Shown in pieces: positions 1-8,084 of a stretch of 64,000 nt of DNA. The notes below the pieces were generated by a model that was not told the origin of the DNA, did not search any database, and saw only the letters and a program-made list of their open reading frames with translations. Source of the DNA: Fidelibacterota bacterium (GTDB lineage Bacteria > Fidelibacterota > UBA8477 > JABMPR01); the NCBI GenBank assembly GCA_016784025.1, contig JADHVL010000006.1:86910-150909 (forward strand). Reading direction: 5' to 3'. Both the position numbers and the translations under genes were made by a program. Within the stretch, counting starts at the first letter, position 1; each line of letters starts with the position of its first letter.

Positions 1-1
1 A

Positions 2-1015
2 AATCATAGTCCATATTCTGATACTTATGGCGTCCGTCTAAATAGTACTCAACCAACCCTCCTTATTGTTGATGGTTTTGATCGCACTGATGGGTCATGG
101 ACCTCTACTCAACATGATTTCGCAACCTATTACTCCCAGGCTATTGTGAATAGTGGCTCAGAAGCAGCCATAGCAACTGTGAGCAATGAATGGGTAACAA
201 CAGCTCAAAATCTCGATGATTACTCCCATGTGTTCTGGTTTATAGGTGATGATAGCAGGACCTCAGAAACATTTAGCGCTTCAGAGCAGAATGTTATCTC
301 CGCGTATTTGTCTGGGGGTGGGAACTTATTCGCATCAGGTGCTGAAATTGGCTATGACCTCAGTGCAGGCTCACCTGCTGATATGCAATTTATGAATCAG
401 GTACTCCATCTGAATTACGACGGAGACAACGCCAATGACACCCATGTTGATGGTGTACCCAACTACTTCCAGGGGATCAGCTTTGATTATGGCAGCAGCC
501 CGTATATCGAAGATTGGCCAGATTATTTTACACCCAGCTCCGGGGGTGAGGTCGCACTGAGATATGGAAATGCTTTGACTGCCGGCATTAGTTACCGGGA
601 CGACAATTCAGCAACTTTTACCATGGGCCTGGCCTTTGAAACCATTGATACAGAGACTCAACGAGCCGATTTGATAGGTCGCGTTCTGGCCTACTTTAAC
701 AGAACAACCGATATCATAGACATTCAAATTCCTGAGCAAATGTCCATATCCCGAGCATATCCAAACCCATTTAACGCCTCTGTCACTATCGAGTATCATT
801 TAGACCAATATGCTGATGGTCAATTACTCATTTACGATTTACGAGGAGCTCTGATTGTAGACAAAGATTTGGTGAATAATTCACCTGGCACTTATCAGTG
901 GACCTGGAATGCTGAAAATAAAACCGGACGGAGTTTTCCAAGTGGCGCTTATTTTGTGCAGTTACTCCAGGGTGAAGCTCGCAGTGAGACATATAAAGTG
1001 GTTTTACTGAAATAG
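2..1015 (+). CDS. Secreted protein, 5'-truncated by the window edge, with a C-terminal T9SS (Por) sorting domain
   Basis: The frame is open from nt 2, with no stop upstream of the GTG at 146 used in the ORF track, so the gene starts outside the window. The last ~85 aa (YPNPFNASVTIEY...GAYFVQL...YKVVLLK) fit the T9SS C-terminal sorting-domain pattern. Confidence 0.75.
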   Translation, partial: NHSPYSDTYGVRLNSTQPTLLIVDGFDRTDGSWTSTQHDFATYYSQAIVNSGSEAAIATVSNEWVTTAQNLDDYSHVFWFIGDDSRTSETFSASEQNVISAYLSGGGNLFASGAEIGYDLSAGSPADMQFMNQVLHLNYDGDNANDTHVDGVPNYFQGISFDYGSSPYIEDWPDYFTPSSGGEVALRYGNALTAGISYRDDNSATFTMGLAFETIDTETQRADLIGRVLAYFNRTTDIIDIQIPEQMSISRAYPNPFNASVTIEYHLDQYADGQLLIYDLRGALIVDKDLVNNSPGTYQWTWNAENKTGRSFPSGAYFVQLLQGEARSETYKVVLLK

Positions 1016-1019
1016 GTGA

Positions 1020-2210
1020 ATGGTGAAAAATAAGTATCTGATAATATTTTTAGGATTGCTGCAAATTGCCAGAGCTGATATCCTGCATATTGAGCCCTAT
1101 GCACAATGGACCTTTGACACCCCGCTGGAGCAGGTCATTTTTAGATCAGGTACCAGTGGTTTCCCGATCATGTATACTGTCACAGAGAATCAGATTTCCT
1201 ATTACGACAGTCTGGGCAACCATGTCATCCAAATTGCCCGCACATCAAATGATGTGTTTAAAATAAATCGGGATCTCTCAAGCTTTATGTTGATTCAAGA
1301 AAATGAATCCATCGAGATTTCCAAACCACAAAGACTTTACTCCTTTCAAGTGTATGACTCTCAAGGTAATCCAAAATACACCTTGGTTCATGGTGTTCCC
1401 CTGGGTGGGGGAGAACTCAATTCAAGTCTCACCAATCATGGCAGTATTCTGCTATCACAGGAGGATCAACCCTGGATTCTTGAATTGAGCAATGAGGACA
1501 CTCTGCTCTTTTTGGAGAATGTGGTACCTGGTGATCAGGGCAATTGTGAATTAACCCTTGTCATGGATAAATTGATCAACCGCAATGAATTCATCACCGC
1601 TTCTTCTTGCGTGACACGTTCCCAGCCCGACTCGACTGCATCCATCGATATTCATCTATGGAATCATAACAAACTTTTGAGTGACCCTGTTAGTGTTCCA
1701 GGTAGGCTAGTGGGGCTTGAGGCTATGCCAGGTACAGATTACTACTTTCTAGAGATTCATGATGGTTATGAGTCAAGCCTGACGCTATTTAACCGAGATA
1801 GAATGATGGGTCAATTCCCCTGGAAGACCTGGGAAATTAACTCGCTTGGACGTGAAGCAGCCTTTATCATTTCAGAAAAAGATTTGAATGTGGTTAATCT
1901 GGGAGATGCTACCCTAATTTCCAGTTACCATCCTATTGATATATCCACAATAAGTGATGCAGACTATCTGCCTCTCTGGGGTTTGTTTCTTTATATTCGC
2001 TATGAAGCATTCTTCACAGAAAATGGTGTGCAGGCTTACCGCAATTTCGAACTGGAAGGTGTGAGTAAAACCGGACAGATCGCCCACCGTAGCTCATTTG
2101 GGAGCTGGACAACTACATTACCAAAATTATCTCAAATTGGAAAAGATCTATTTGCAATTCATATGCACAATGCTGTTCTTTTGTATCGTGTTGAATTGGA
2201 AAAGAAATAG
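1020..2210 (+). CDS. Hypothetical exported protein
   Basis: 396-aa ORF starting 4 nt after the preceding stop. It has a hydrophobic signal-like N-terminus (YLIIFLGLLQIARA). No motif I can assign. Confidence 0.6.
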   Translation: MVKNKYLIIFLGLLQIARADILHIEPYAQWTFDTPLEQVIFRSGTSGFPIMYTVTENQISYYDSLGNHVIQIARTSNDVFKINRDLSSFMLIQENESIEISKPQRLYSFQVYDSQGNPKYTLVHGVPLGGGELNSSLTNHGSILLSQEDQPWILELSNEDTLLFLENVVPGDQGNCELTLVMDKLINRNEFITASSCVTRSQPDSTASIDIHLWNHNKLLSDPVSVPGRLVGLEAMPGTDYYFLEIHDGYESSLTLFNRDRMMGQFPWKTWEINSLGREAAFIISEKDLNVVNLGDATLISSYHPIDISTISDADYLPLWGLFLYIRYEAFFTENGVQAYRNFELEGVSKTGQIAHRSSFGSWTTTLPKLSQIGKDLFAIHMHNAVLLYRVELEKK

Positions 2211-2251
2211 GTTTTTTTCAGAATCAACTAAAACAAAATCAGGAGTGTAAC

Positions 2252-3310
2252 TTGAAAATAAAGTTTTATATATTATTGGTGCTAAGCATGGCAATTTTGA
2301 GCTGTAGTACCCAGCAGGAAACCATGGTTGAAGAAAAGCCATTTGGTCTTTCTAATGTGGAACAATTGACATTCAAAGGTGACAACGGGGAAGCATATTG
2401 GGGTCCCCAGGGCCAGCAGATTATCTTCCAGAGTAAGCGTGATGGTAATGGTTGTGATAAAATCTACATCATGAATGCAGATGGCAGCGAACAGCACATG
2501 GTGAGTCCTGACCTTGGCGCAAATACCTGTTCCTATTTTAGCATGGAAAAGGATAGAATTATTTTTGCCTCTACCTTTGGTGTCGTGGACAGTTGTCCAC
2601 CCCGACCTAAACCACAGGGGAATAAATACCTCTGGCCACTTTTCCCCTATGATATCTATTCAGCCAATCCAGATGGATCTGATCTGGTACGAATCAGGGA
2701 AAATGCAGGTTATGATGCTGAGCCCACGGTTTCCTTTCTCACAGGTAAAGTGATTTTTACCTCTGAAGTAGATGATGATCTAGAATTATTCACCATGAAC
2801 ATGGATGGATCTGATGTCCAGAGAGTCACCAATCACCTAGGTTATGATGGTGGACCCTATTTTAGCCCCGATGCAAAAAAGATTGTCTGGCGCGCCTGGT
2901 ATCCAGAAAATGCCGAAGACACCTTGCGCTGGCAGGAAAATATGTCTTTAGATCAGGTTGAAGCCGTGCCGCTATCCATTTATACCATGGATGTAGATGG
3001 TCAGAATAAGGTACGATTGACCAACAATGGCGCCACCAACTGGGCTCCATCCTGGCATCCTGATGGCAAGCATGTAGTCTTCTCATCCAACATGGATGAC
3101 TGGAATGAAGAAGCCGCTGCCTATGGTCATAACTTTGAGCTATATATGATAGCTATTGATGGTACAGGACTAAAACGCCTGACAAACAATACCTTCTTCG
3201 ATAGTTTCCCCATGTTTAGCCCTGATGGAAAATTTATGGCTTTTGCTTCCAATCGTGATGCTGATAATCCAAGAGCGACTCATATTTTTAAAGCAGAATG
3301 GAACGACTAA
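2252..3310 (+). CDS. PD40/TolB-like beta-propeller lipoprotein
   Basis: TTG start preceded by AGGAG. Lipobox-like LSMAILSC. Repeated PD40-type units (IIFQSKRDGNG..IYIMNADGS, SANPDGSDLV, MNMDGSDVQRVT, FSPDAKKIVW, WHPDGKHVVFSS, FSPDGKFMAFASNRD). Confidence 0.75.
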   Translation: MKIKFYILLVLSMAILSCSTQQETMVEEKPFGLSNVEQLTFKGDNGEAYWGPQGQQIIFQSKRDGNGCDKIYIMNADGSEQHMVSPDLGANTCSYFSMEKDRIIFASTFGVVDSCPPRPKPQGNKYLWPLFPYDIYSANPDGSDLVRIRENAGYDAEPTVSFLTGKVIFTSEVDDDLELFTMNMDGSDVQRVTNHLGYDGGPYFSPDAKKIVWRAWYPENAEDTLRWQENMSLDQVEAVPLSIYTMDVDGQNKVRLTNNGATNWAPSWHPDGKHVVFSSNMDDWNEEAAAYGHNFELYMIAIDGTGLKRLTNNTFFDSFPMFSPDGKFMAFASNRDADNPRATHIFKAEWND

Positions 3311-3326
3311 CTAGCGACCACCAAAT

Positions 3327-3399
3327 TTCGAATCCTTTCCAAGCGCGGATTCGAAACGAAGTAAGACGAGAGCGAAGCTCGATGTCAATCCGCGCCTGG
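3327..3399. repeat. Intergenic element with two mutually exclusive hairpins
   Basis: TTCGAATCC (3327-3335) pairs with GGATTCGAA (3347-3355). CCAAGCGCGGATT (3339-3351) pairs with AATCCGCGCCTGG (3387-3399, one mismatch). The two helices share GGATT at 3347-3351. Confidence 0.5.
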
Positions 3400-3429
3400 A
3401 ATAGCATTAATTCGTGCTTTGGATAAAAC

Positions 3430-3615
3430 ATGAATAAACTCCTCCTCACATATTTGCCCTATGGTGCCATTGATCTTTTACTTGGTATTGCCATCATTAG
3501 TGAATTGGTCAATAAACGTTATGATCTGCTCTGGGCCAATCTGCCAATATTGATCTGGGGTTTGGTTTCACTCAATAAACAAGTCAGAAGAATGCAAGAT
3601 GATCTGGTTGATTGA
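3430..3615 (+). CDS. Small hydrophobic protein (hypothetical)
   Basis: 61-aa ORF with two hydrophobic stretches. It overlaps the next membrane-protein ORF by 17 nt. No homology recognisable. Confidence 0.4.
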   Translation: MNKLLLTYLPYGAIDLLLGIAIISELVNKRYDLLWANLPILIWGLVSLNKQVRRMQDDLVD

Positions 3616-4216
3616 AATCAGCATCATCCTGGTGACTGTCATTCTGGTGATCCACGCCAGAACTGTTTACAATTTATCATTTGTGAAAGTTCTCTGGATA
3701 TCTGGGATGATTTTGGGATTTCTCAGAGAATATGCACTCAGTGAAATCATGAAAATCTATAGTTATGGGGACTTCCACATCACCCTCTTTGGCTTACCCC
3801 TCATTTATATGCTCTTCTGGACGAATATCGCCTATATAGGGTTAATCTGGAGCAATAATTTTCTGGAACGTGAATATCTGAAAGCCAAACCATTTGATTA
3901 TCATTTGCCGCTCATATTTCTAACCATGGTTTTAATCGCTTTTTTCTTTGAAGCACTGCTCTCACAATATGGTCTACTCATCTGGAACCTTGACTCCAGT
4001 TCAAAGTTGTGGGGAAACACACCGATCCTGGCACCTTTTGCCTATGGATGGACCTCAGTATTATTTATAAAAAGTTTGAAATTACTTTCCAGAGAGCCTG
4101 AACAAAATTGGCAAGTGCTCGTTCTTAAACTCAGCCTGGCTCAACCCTTGGTGGTTCTAATTCTTGCAGGTATGCTGCTCTTGTCAAACCTGGCGATTAT
4201 TCTTGTTTTTTCCTGA
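3599..4216 (+). CDS. Multi-pass integral membrane protein (hypothetical)
   Basis: 205-aa ORF with about 6 hydrophobic segments. No family assigned. Confidence 0.6.
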   Translation: MIWLIEISIILVTVILVIHARTVYNLSFVKVLWISGMILGFLREYALSEIMKIYSYGDFHITLFGLPLIYMLFWTNIAYIGLIWSNNFLEREYLKAKPFDYHLPLIFLTMVLIAFFFEALLSQYGLLIWNLDSSSKLWGNTPILAPFAYGWTSVLFIKSLKLLSREPEQNWQVLVLKLSLAQPLVVLILAGMLLLSNLAIILVFS

Positions 4217-4298
4217 TTGACAGAGGTTGAGAGGAGAATTACATTAGCCCGCTTTTTCAAGTCATGGCGAAGCTACAGTAAGTAGCGAAGTCAGAGAT

Positions 4299-4384
4299 GC
4301 CCGGGTGGCGGAATTGGTAGACGCGCTAGGTTCAGGTCCTAGTGTACTCTTTTGTACGTGCTGGTTCGACTCCAGTCTCGGGCA
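4299..4384 (+). tRNA. tRNA-Leu (anticodon CAG), type II with long variable arm
   Basis: The acceptor GCCCGGG pairs with CTCGGGC. The anticodon stem is CTAGG/CCTAG with loop TTCAGGT (CAG). The variable arm is GTAC..GTAC. The T arm contains GGTTCGACTCC. The discriminator is A and no CCA is encoded. Confidence 0.9.
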
Positions 4385-4427
4385 CTTCCAGTTAAAAGTT
4401 AAAAATGAAAAGTTAAAAGTTGCCATC
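4376..4427. repeat. Direct repeat copy 1 (tRNA-Leu 3' end plus A/T-rich AAGTTAAAA tract)
   Basis: TCTCGGGCACTTC...AGTTAAAAATGAAAAGTTAAAAGTTGCCATC recurs at 4674..4738. It is followed by a weak hairpin and a T-run (4420-4450). Confidence 0.8.
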
Positions 4428-4476
4428 GCAGAGATGTGGTGGTTTTTTTTGTCCTTCCTCAAAAGGATCAATGGAT

Positions 4477-4552
4477 CGTCATCCCGAGCGGAGTCGAGGG
4501 ATATCATCACTTCGTCAAATGTTGAGGCCCCTCGACTCCGCTCGGGGAGACG
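4477..4552. repeat. Palindromic intergenic element (CCCGAGCGGAGTCGAGGG core)
   Basis: The left arm CGTCATCCCGAGCGGAGTCGAGGGA (4477-4501) and right arm CCCCTCGACTCCGCTCGGGGAGACG (4528-4552) share a perfect 18-bp core with a 26-nt spacer. The same core occurs at 30500..30580. Confidence 0.9.
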
Positions 4553-4673
4553 AAACCCCGGGCACATGGAGACAATTCTCAATTGCCATTCGAAGGGAAG
4601 GATAATGGGTCTATCCATCGTAGCCGTAGACGCAGATAGACCTGGCCGGCGTAGCTCAGAGAGTGGGGAGGGT

Positions 4674-4738
4674 TCTCGGGCACTTCTAAAAAAAGTTAAA
4701 AATGAAAAGTTAAAAATGAAAAGTTAAAAGTTGCCATC
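4674..4738. repeat. Direct repeat copy 2 (orphan tRNA-Leu 3'-end fragment plus A/T-rich tract)
   Basis: TCTCGGGCACTTC followed by AGTTAAAAATGAAAAGTTAAAA(ATGAAAAGTTAAAA)GTTGCCATC, i.e. copy 1 with one extra 14-nt unit. A GCCAT/ATGGC hairpin and T-run follow. Confidence 0.8.
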
Positions 4739-4971
4739 ACCACAGCTTAATGGCTTTTTTGTATAGAGGAGTCGAACTAATTGAACCTGTCATAGTCGTA
4801 GCGTCTTCCTGAGGCTCTCGAAGGATGGAGCGGATCACATTCATGATCTTGTGAAGCGCACAACAAAATAATCATTTAATTTCTGCAAACACCTGACGTC
4901 CGAACAATCAGCTTCAATCCTGAGAAGTTCTCATTAGCTTATGTGCAATCTATTGAGGAGTATAGTAGCAG

Positions 4972-5463
4972 ATGGTTCACTATGAGCAGCTTGAGAACAC
5001 CATAGCAATTGAATTTGGCAAACAGTTCATCTCATTTATAACTGGTGAACATAATGACCGTCGTATTTCTCTGAAATATCACTTTAATGAAACAAGTGGG
5101 TCAGTCTATGCTGAGGTCAAGTTTGGGAAACTGGCACAGGGACCACCAGGGCACACACATGGTGGCGCTATCTCAGCAGTCTTTGATGAGCTTATGGGTG
5201 CTTGCTGTTGGGTGAATGGTTATCCTGCCATGACAGCCCAATACACAACCCGCTTCTTCAAACCATTACCTCTCGAAAAGGATGTGTTGTATTGTGCCAA
5301 AATTAAAATCATTGATGGCAATAAAATAAACCTTAGAGCAAAATTGATTGATGAAACCAAAACTAAATATGCCAGTGCACGTGGACTTTTTATCCTCCAG
5401 GATATGGAAAAGTTTAAACAAATGAATTTGGAGACAGGTGATAAAGTGCCATCACTGGCCTAG
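4972..5463 (+). CDS. PaaI-family hotdog-fold thioesterase
   Basis: GPPGHTHGGAISAVFDELMG is the typical PaaI/4HBT active-site stretch. The 163-aa size fits. Confidence 0.7.
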   Translation: MVHYEQLENTIAIEFGKQFISFITGEHNDRRISLKYHFNETSGSVYAEVKFGKLAQGPPGHTHGGAISAVFDELMGACCWVNGYPAMTAQYTTRFFKPLPLEKDVLYCAKIKIIDGNKINLRAKLIDETKTKYASARGLFILQDMEKFKQMNLETGDKVPSLA

Positions 5464-5501
5464 ACACACCAATATTGAGATGACGAGAAAAGGAGTACAT
5501 C

Positions 5502-5693
5502 ATGGCTTGGACATTTAAATTTGATCTGGATAAATATGAAATTGAGGACCTCAAAATCGTCCTGGAAAAACTGAAAAAGAAAGACGTGCGCAAAGTTGAA
5601 GTCGCTGTAAATGGAGATGTCAGAAAATTGGCAACCAATATGTTGAAGGCCGTTTATGATCAGGAAGATTTTTTTAAGGATGAACGTTGGTAA
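5502..5693 (+). CDS. Small charged hypothetical protein
   Basis: 63-aa ORF with AAGGAG 6 nt upstream of the ATG. No homology recognisable. Confidence 0.45.
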   Translation: MAWTFKFDLDKYEIEDLKIVLEKLKKKDVRKVEVAVNGDVRKLATNMLKAVYDQEDFFKDERW

Positions 5694-5720
5694 ATCGAAT
5701 CTTTTCATGAAACATCTATC

Positions 5721-6626
5721 TTGAAAAACATGAATCCAAAAATATTCCTGCCTGTTCTGCTGTTCCTCCTGTGCTTTGGAATATCCTATGTATTCATCAT
5801 GGATATTGAAACTCCCATACCTGAACCAACACCCAAAGCTGATAAGAAGACAGAGACTATCTATTTTGGTGTGATTTCCAGGTATTCTCCCAGATCCATA
5901 GTGAGTGGCTACCAACCATTAATGGAATACCTCACAAACAATACACCATACAATTTCAAGTTGAAACTTAGCCGTAATTATTTAGAGACCGTTGACCAAT
6001 TGGCAGGTGGTCGTATTGATTTCGCATCACTTGGGAATTATACCTACATCCATGCCCATAAGAATCATGGGGTTCGGTGTATTGCAATGCCCATTAATGA
6101 CGATGGTAATATTGAAAATTATGATGATATCATCGTTCCCCAAAATTCAGATATTGAAAACCTCGTAGAACTAGCAGGTAAATCCTTTGCCTTCGCCTCA
6201 AAGCAATCATTCAGTTCCTGGATGGGTATCTGGATGTTGAAACAAGCCGGCGTAGAATTATCAGATTTATCACACTACGAAAATTTGAGTTATCATGATC
6301 TGGTGGCTGAAAAAGTCCTCAGAGGCGATTTCGATGCGGGGATGGTTAAATCTGTTGTTGCTCAATCCTATGAAGAATCGGGAATTCGGATCCTGGCCAG
6401 GTCACCAGCCATTCCCAGTGTCCCTCTCGTTGCAGCTTCCCATGTTGATACCTCTCGTATTCGCATTGTTCAAGCAGCCCTCCTAAAACTGAGCTCACTA
6501 ATAGAGAATGGTGATATATCTACTTCTGGATGGGATACTGAAGTAGCAAATGGATTTGTGGCAGGTCATGATAGCCTCTTTACTTTTCCCAGGCAGCTCT
6601 TAGATGATATAGAACAAGAGATGTGA
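5721..6626 (+). CDS. PhnD-like (phosphate/phosphonate-type) periplasmic substrate-binding protein, probable co-sensor
   Basis: N-terminal anchor or signal. Motifs IYFGVISRYSP, YQPLMEYL, GRIDFASLGNYTY, GKSFAFASKQSFSSW and GDFDAGMV follow the PhnD-family layout. No ABC permease or ATPase is adjacent. The stop overlaps the kinase start. Confidence 0.65.
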   Translation: MKNMNPKIFLPVLLFLLCFGISYVFIMDIETPIPEPTPKADKKTETIYFGVISRYSPRSIVSGYQPLMEYLTNNTPYNFKLKLSRNYLETVDQLAGGRIDFASLGNYTYIHAHKNHGVRCIAMPINDDGNIENYDDIIVPQNSDIENLVELAGKSFAFASKQSFSSWMGIWMLKQAGVELSDLSHYENLSYHDLVAEKVLRGDFDAGMVKSVVAQSYEESGIRILARSPAIPSVPLVAASHVDTSRIRIVQAALLKLSSLIENGDISTSGWDTEVANGFVAGHDSLFTFPRQLLDDIEQEM

Positions 6627-8083
6627 TGAAACCAATTAACAGCATCCATGATAAACTGGTGATCAGGATTGGGTTAAGCCTCTCCATTGTCCTCCTCATA
6701 CTTTTCTTTGCCATCATGACTTCGCAAAAAGAAGCTATTATTGCCAAGCATCGAACTGTTGCTACAACCATGGTTCAAACTGCCATCATTCCCATTAATG
6801 ATGCTCTCTATCTCGCTGGCTCAGAAAACGATGATTTTTTACAATCATTTCTCAAAAATTTTGTACTGGAATATCAGGATGAGATCAAGTTTGCGCTCAT
6901 CCTCGGTGAAGGAGGGCGGGTAATTGCCCACTCTGATATTTCACAGATAAATGAGATATACAGTGACGTTTACAGTAATTCTGCCCTTGAGTCTCTGGAT
7001 CCCCAATTTCACATCTACAGGGACAACCAATTCGGCGGGGTAATGGAAATATCTGCTCCCCTTGGTTTAATCACACTTTCACACGGTGCAGTGAGATTGG
7101 GTCTCGATTCTAAGCCCCTGGAAAGTGAACTCCGCAGCACCATGCTCTTTATCATTGGTATGATTCTACTCACCCTGGTGCTTGTAATATTTATTGTCTT
7201 AAGAATTAGTCGAAGTGTTACACGGGGATTGAGACATACTGCTGAAGCCATTGATGCCATTGATTTTCAAACTTCAGAGCCACTGGAGCTCCTTGAGACT
7301 GACGATGAAATTGGGTTATTAAATGACCGCTTTAAACGTCTTCAAGAGCGTCTTATCAATACCCGATCCAGCATGGAAATAACCAATAAAAATCTGGTGC
7401 AAACCGAAAAACTGGCTGCTATGGGGCGTATGGCTGCTGGTGTGGCGCATGAGATCAATAATCCACTTATGGGTTTAAAGAATTGTCTTCATTTATTACA
7501 CATCGATCCGGAGAATCAGGCCGATCATATTCGTCTTCTAAAAGATGGATTTGATCGTATTGAGATTATTGTGTCCCGTTTGCTGGAAGGTGCCCGAAAA
7601 AAAACCGGCACCATTAAAGACTATGATTTTAACAGAAGTGTGAGAGATGTTCTGAATCTGGTAGGGCATCGACTTTCCAAAGAGAAGATTATCACTCAGG
7701 TACACTTGAACGACACAATCCCACCTGTCTATAATAATAAATCGGGATTTGAAGAGGCTCTTTTAAATATCTGCATGAATGCACTTGATGCCATTGGCAG
7801 CGTGGGAACCATCCACCTGGAAACAGAAATCAGGGGCAGCAATGTCGCCGTTATTGTTGGTGATTCTGGTCCGGGAATTGCCAGCGAAGAAAGGTCAAGA
7901 ATGTTTGAACCCTTTGTCACCTCAAAAGAAGTAGGGAAAGGGACCGGGTTGGGATTGTATGTATCACGGGAGATTATTGGGGCTATGGGTGGAGAAATAA
8001 GCTACTCAACCAGTGATCTCGGGGGAGCAGAATTTACCATTGAACTCCCAATCCGAATTGAGATCGATGAGGAAATGGAATAA
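6623..8083 (+). CDS. Sensor histidine kinase (2 TM, extracytoplasmic domain, HAMP, HisKA, HATPase_c)
   Basis: H-box GVAHEINNPL. N-box ICMNALDA. G-boxes GDSGPGI and GTGLGL. The start is GTG 6623 or ATG 6626, overlapping the upstream stop. Confidence 0.9.
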   Translation: MMKPINSIHDKLVIRIGLSLSIVLLILFFAIMTSQKEAIIAKHRTVATTMVQTAIIPINDALYLAGSENDDFLQSFLKNFVLEYQDEIKFALILGEGGRVIAHSDISQINEIYSDVYSNSALESLDPQFHIYRDNQFGGVMEISAPLGLITLSHGAVRLGLDSKPLESELRSTMLFIIGMILLTLVLVIFIVLRISRSVTRGLRHTAEAIDAIDFQTSEPLELLETDDEIGLLNDRFKRLQERLINTRSSMEITNKNLVQTEKLAAMGRMAAGVAHEINNPLMGLKNCLHLLHIDPENQADHIRLLKDGFDRIEIIVSRLLEGARKKTGTIKDYDFNRSVRDVLNLVGHRLSKEKIITQVHLNDTIPPVYNNKSGFEEALLNICMNALDAIGSVGTIHLETEIRGSNVAVIVGDSGPGIASEERSRMFEPFVTSKEVGKGTGLGLYVSREIIGAMGGEISYSTSDLGGAEFTIELPIRIEIDEEME

Positions 8084-8084
8084 G

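Noticed and set aside
4645-4685. Possible extra tRNA gene (GGCCGGCGTAGCTCAGAGAG...GGTTCTCGGGCAC)
   Set aside because: It has a tRNA-like acceptor/D-arm start and a tRNA-Leu-like 3' end. However, it is only ~40 nt with no anticodon or T arm, so it is a fragment or chimera and not a gene.
4262-4727. ORFs 4262..4618 (-), 4305..4727 (+) and 4420..4605 (+) of 61-140 aa
   Set aside because: They run across the tRNA-Leu gene, the palindromic element and the duplicated A/T-rich repeats. Their peptides (..HPERSRGISS.., ..LDSARGDE..) are read-throughs of repeat arms. There is no RBS or coding pattern.
4763-4785. GGAGTCGAAC motif suggesting a minus-strand tRNA T-arm
   Set aside because: The flanking bases cannot form a T stem or an acceptor stem. 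It is probably coincidental or a decayed fragment.
5460-5915. 151-aa minus-strand ORF
   Set aside because: It overlaps two + strand genes (the small ORF with a good RBS and the PhnD-like gene). No motif was found.
8013-8084. Upstream extension of the response-regulator ORF
   Set aside because: It lies entirely inside the histidine-kinase coding region. ATG 8085, directly after the kinase stop, gives the canonical MLKILLVEDE receiver start.
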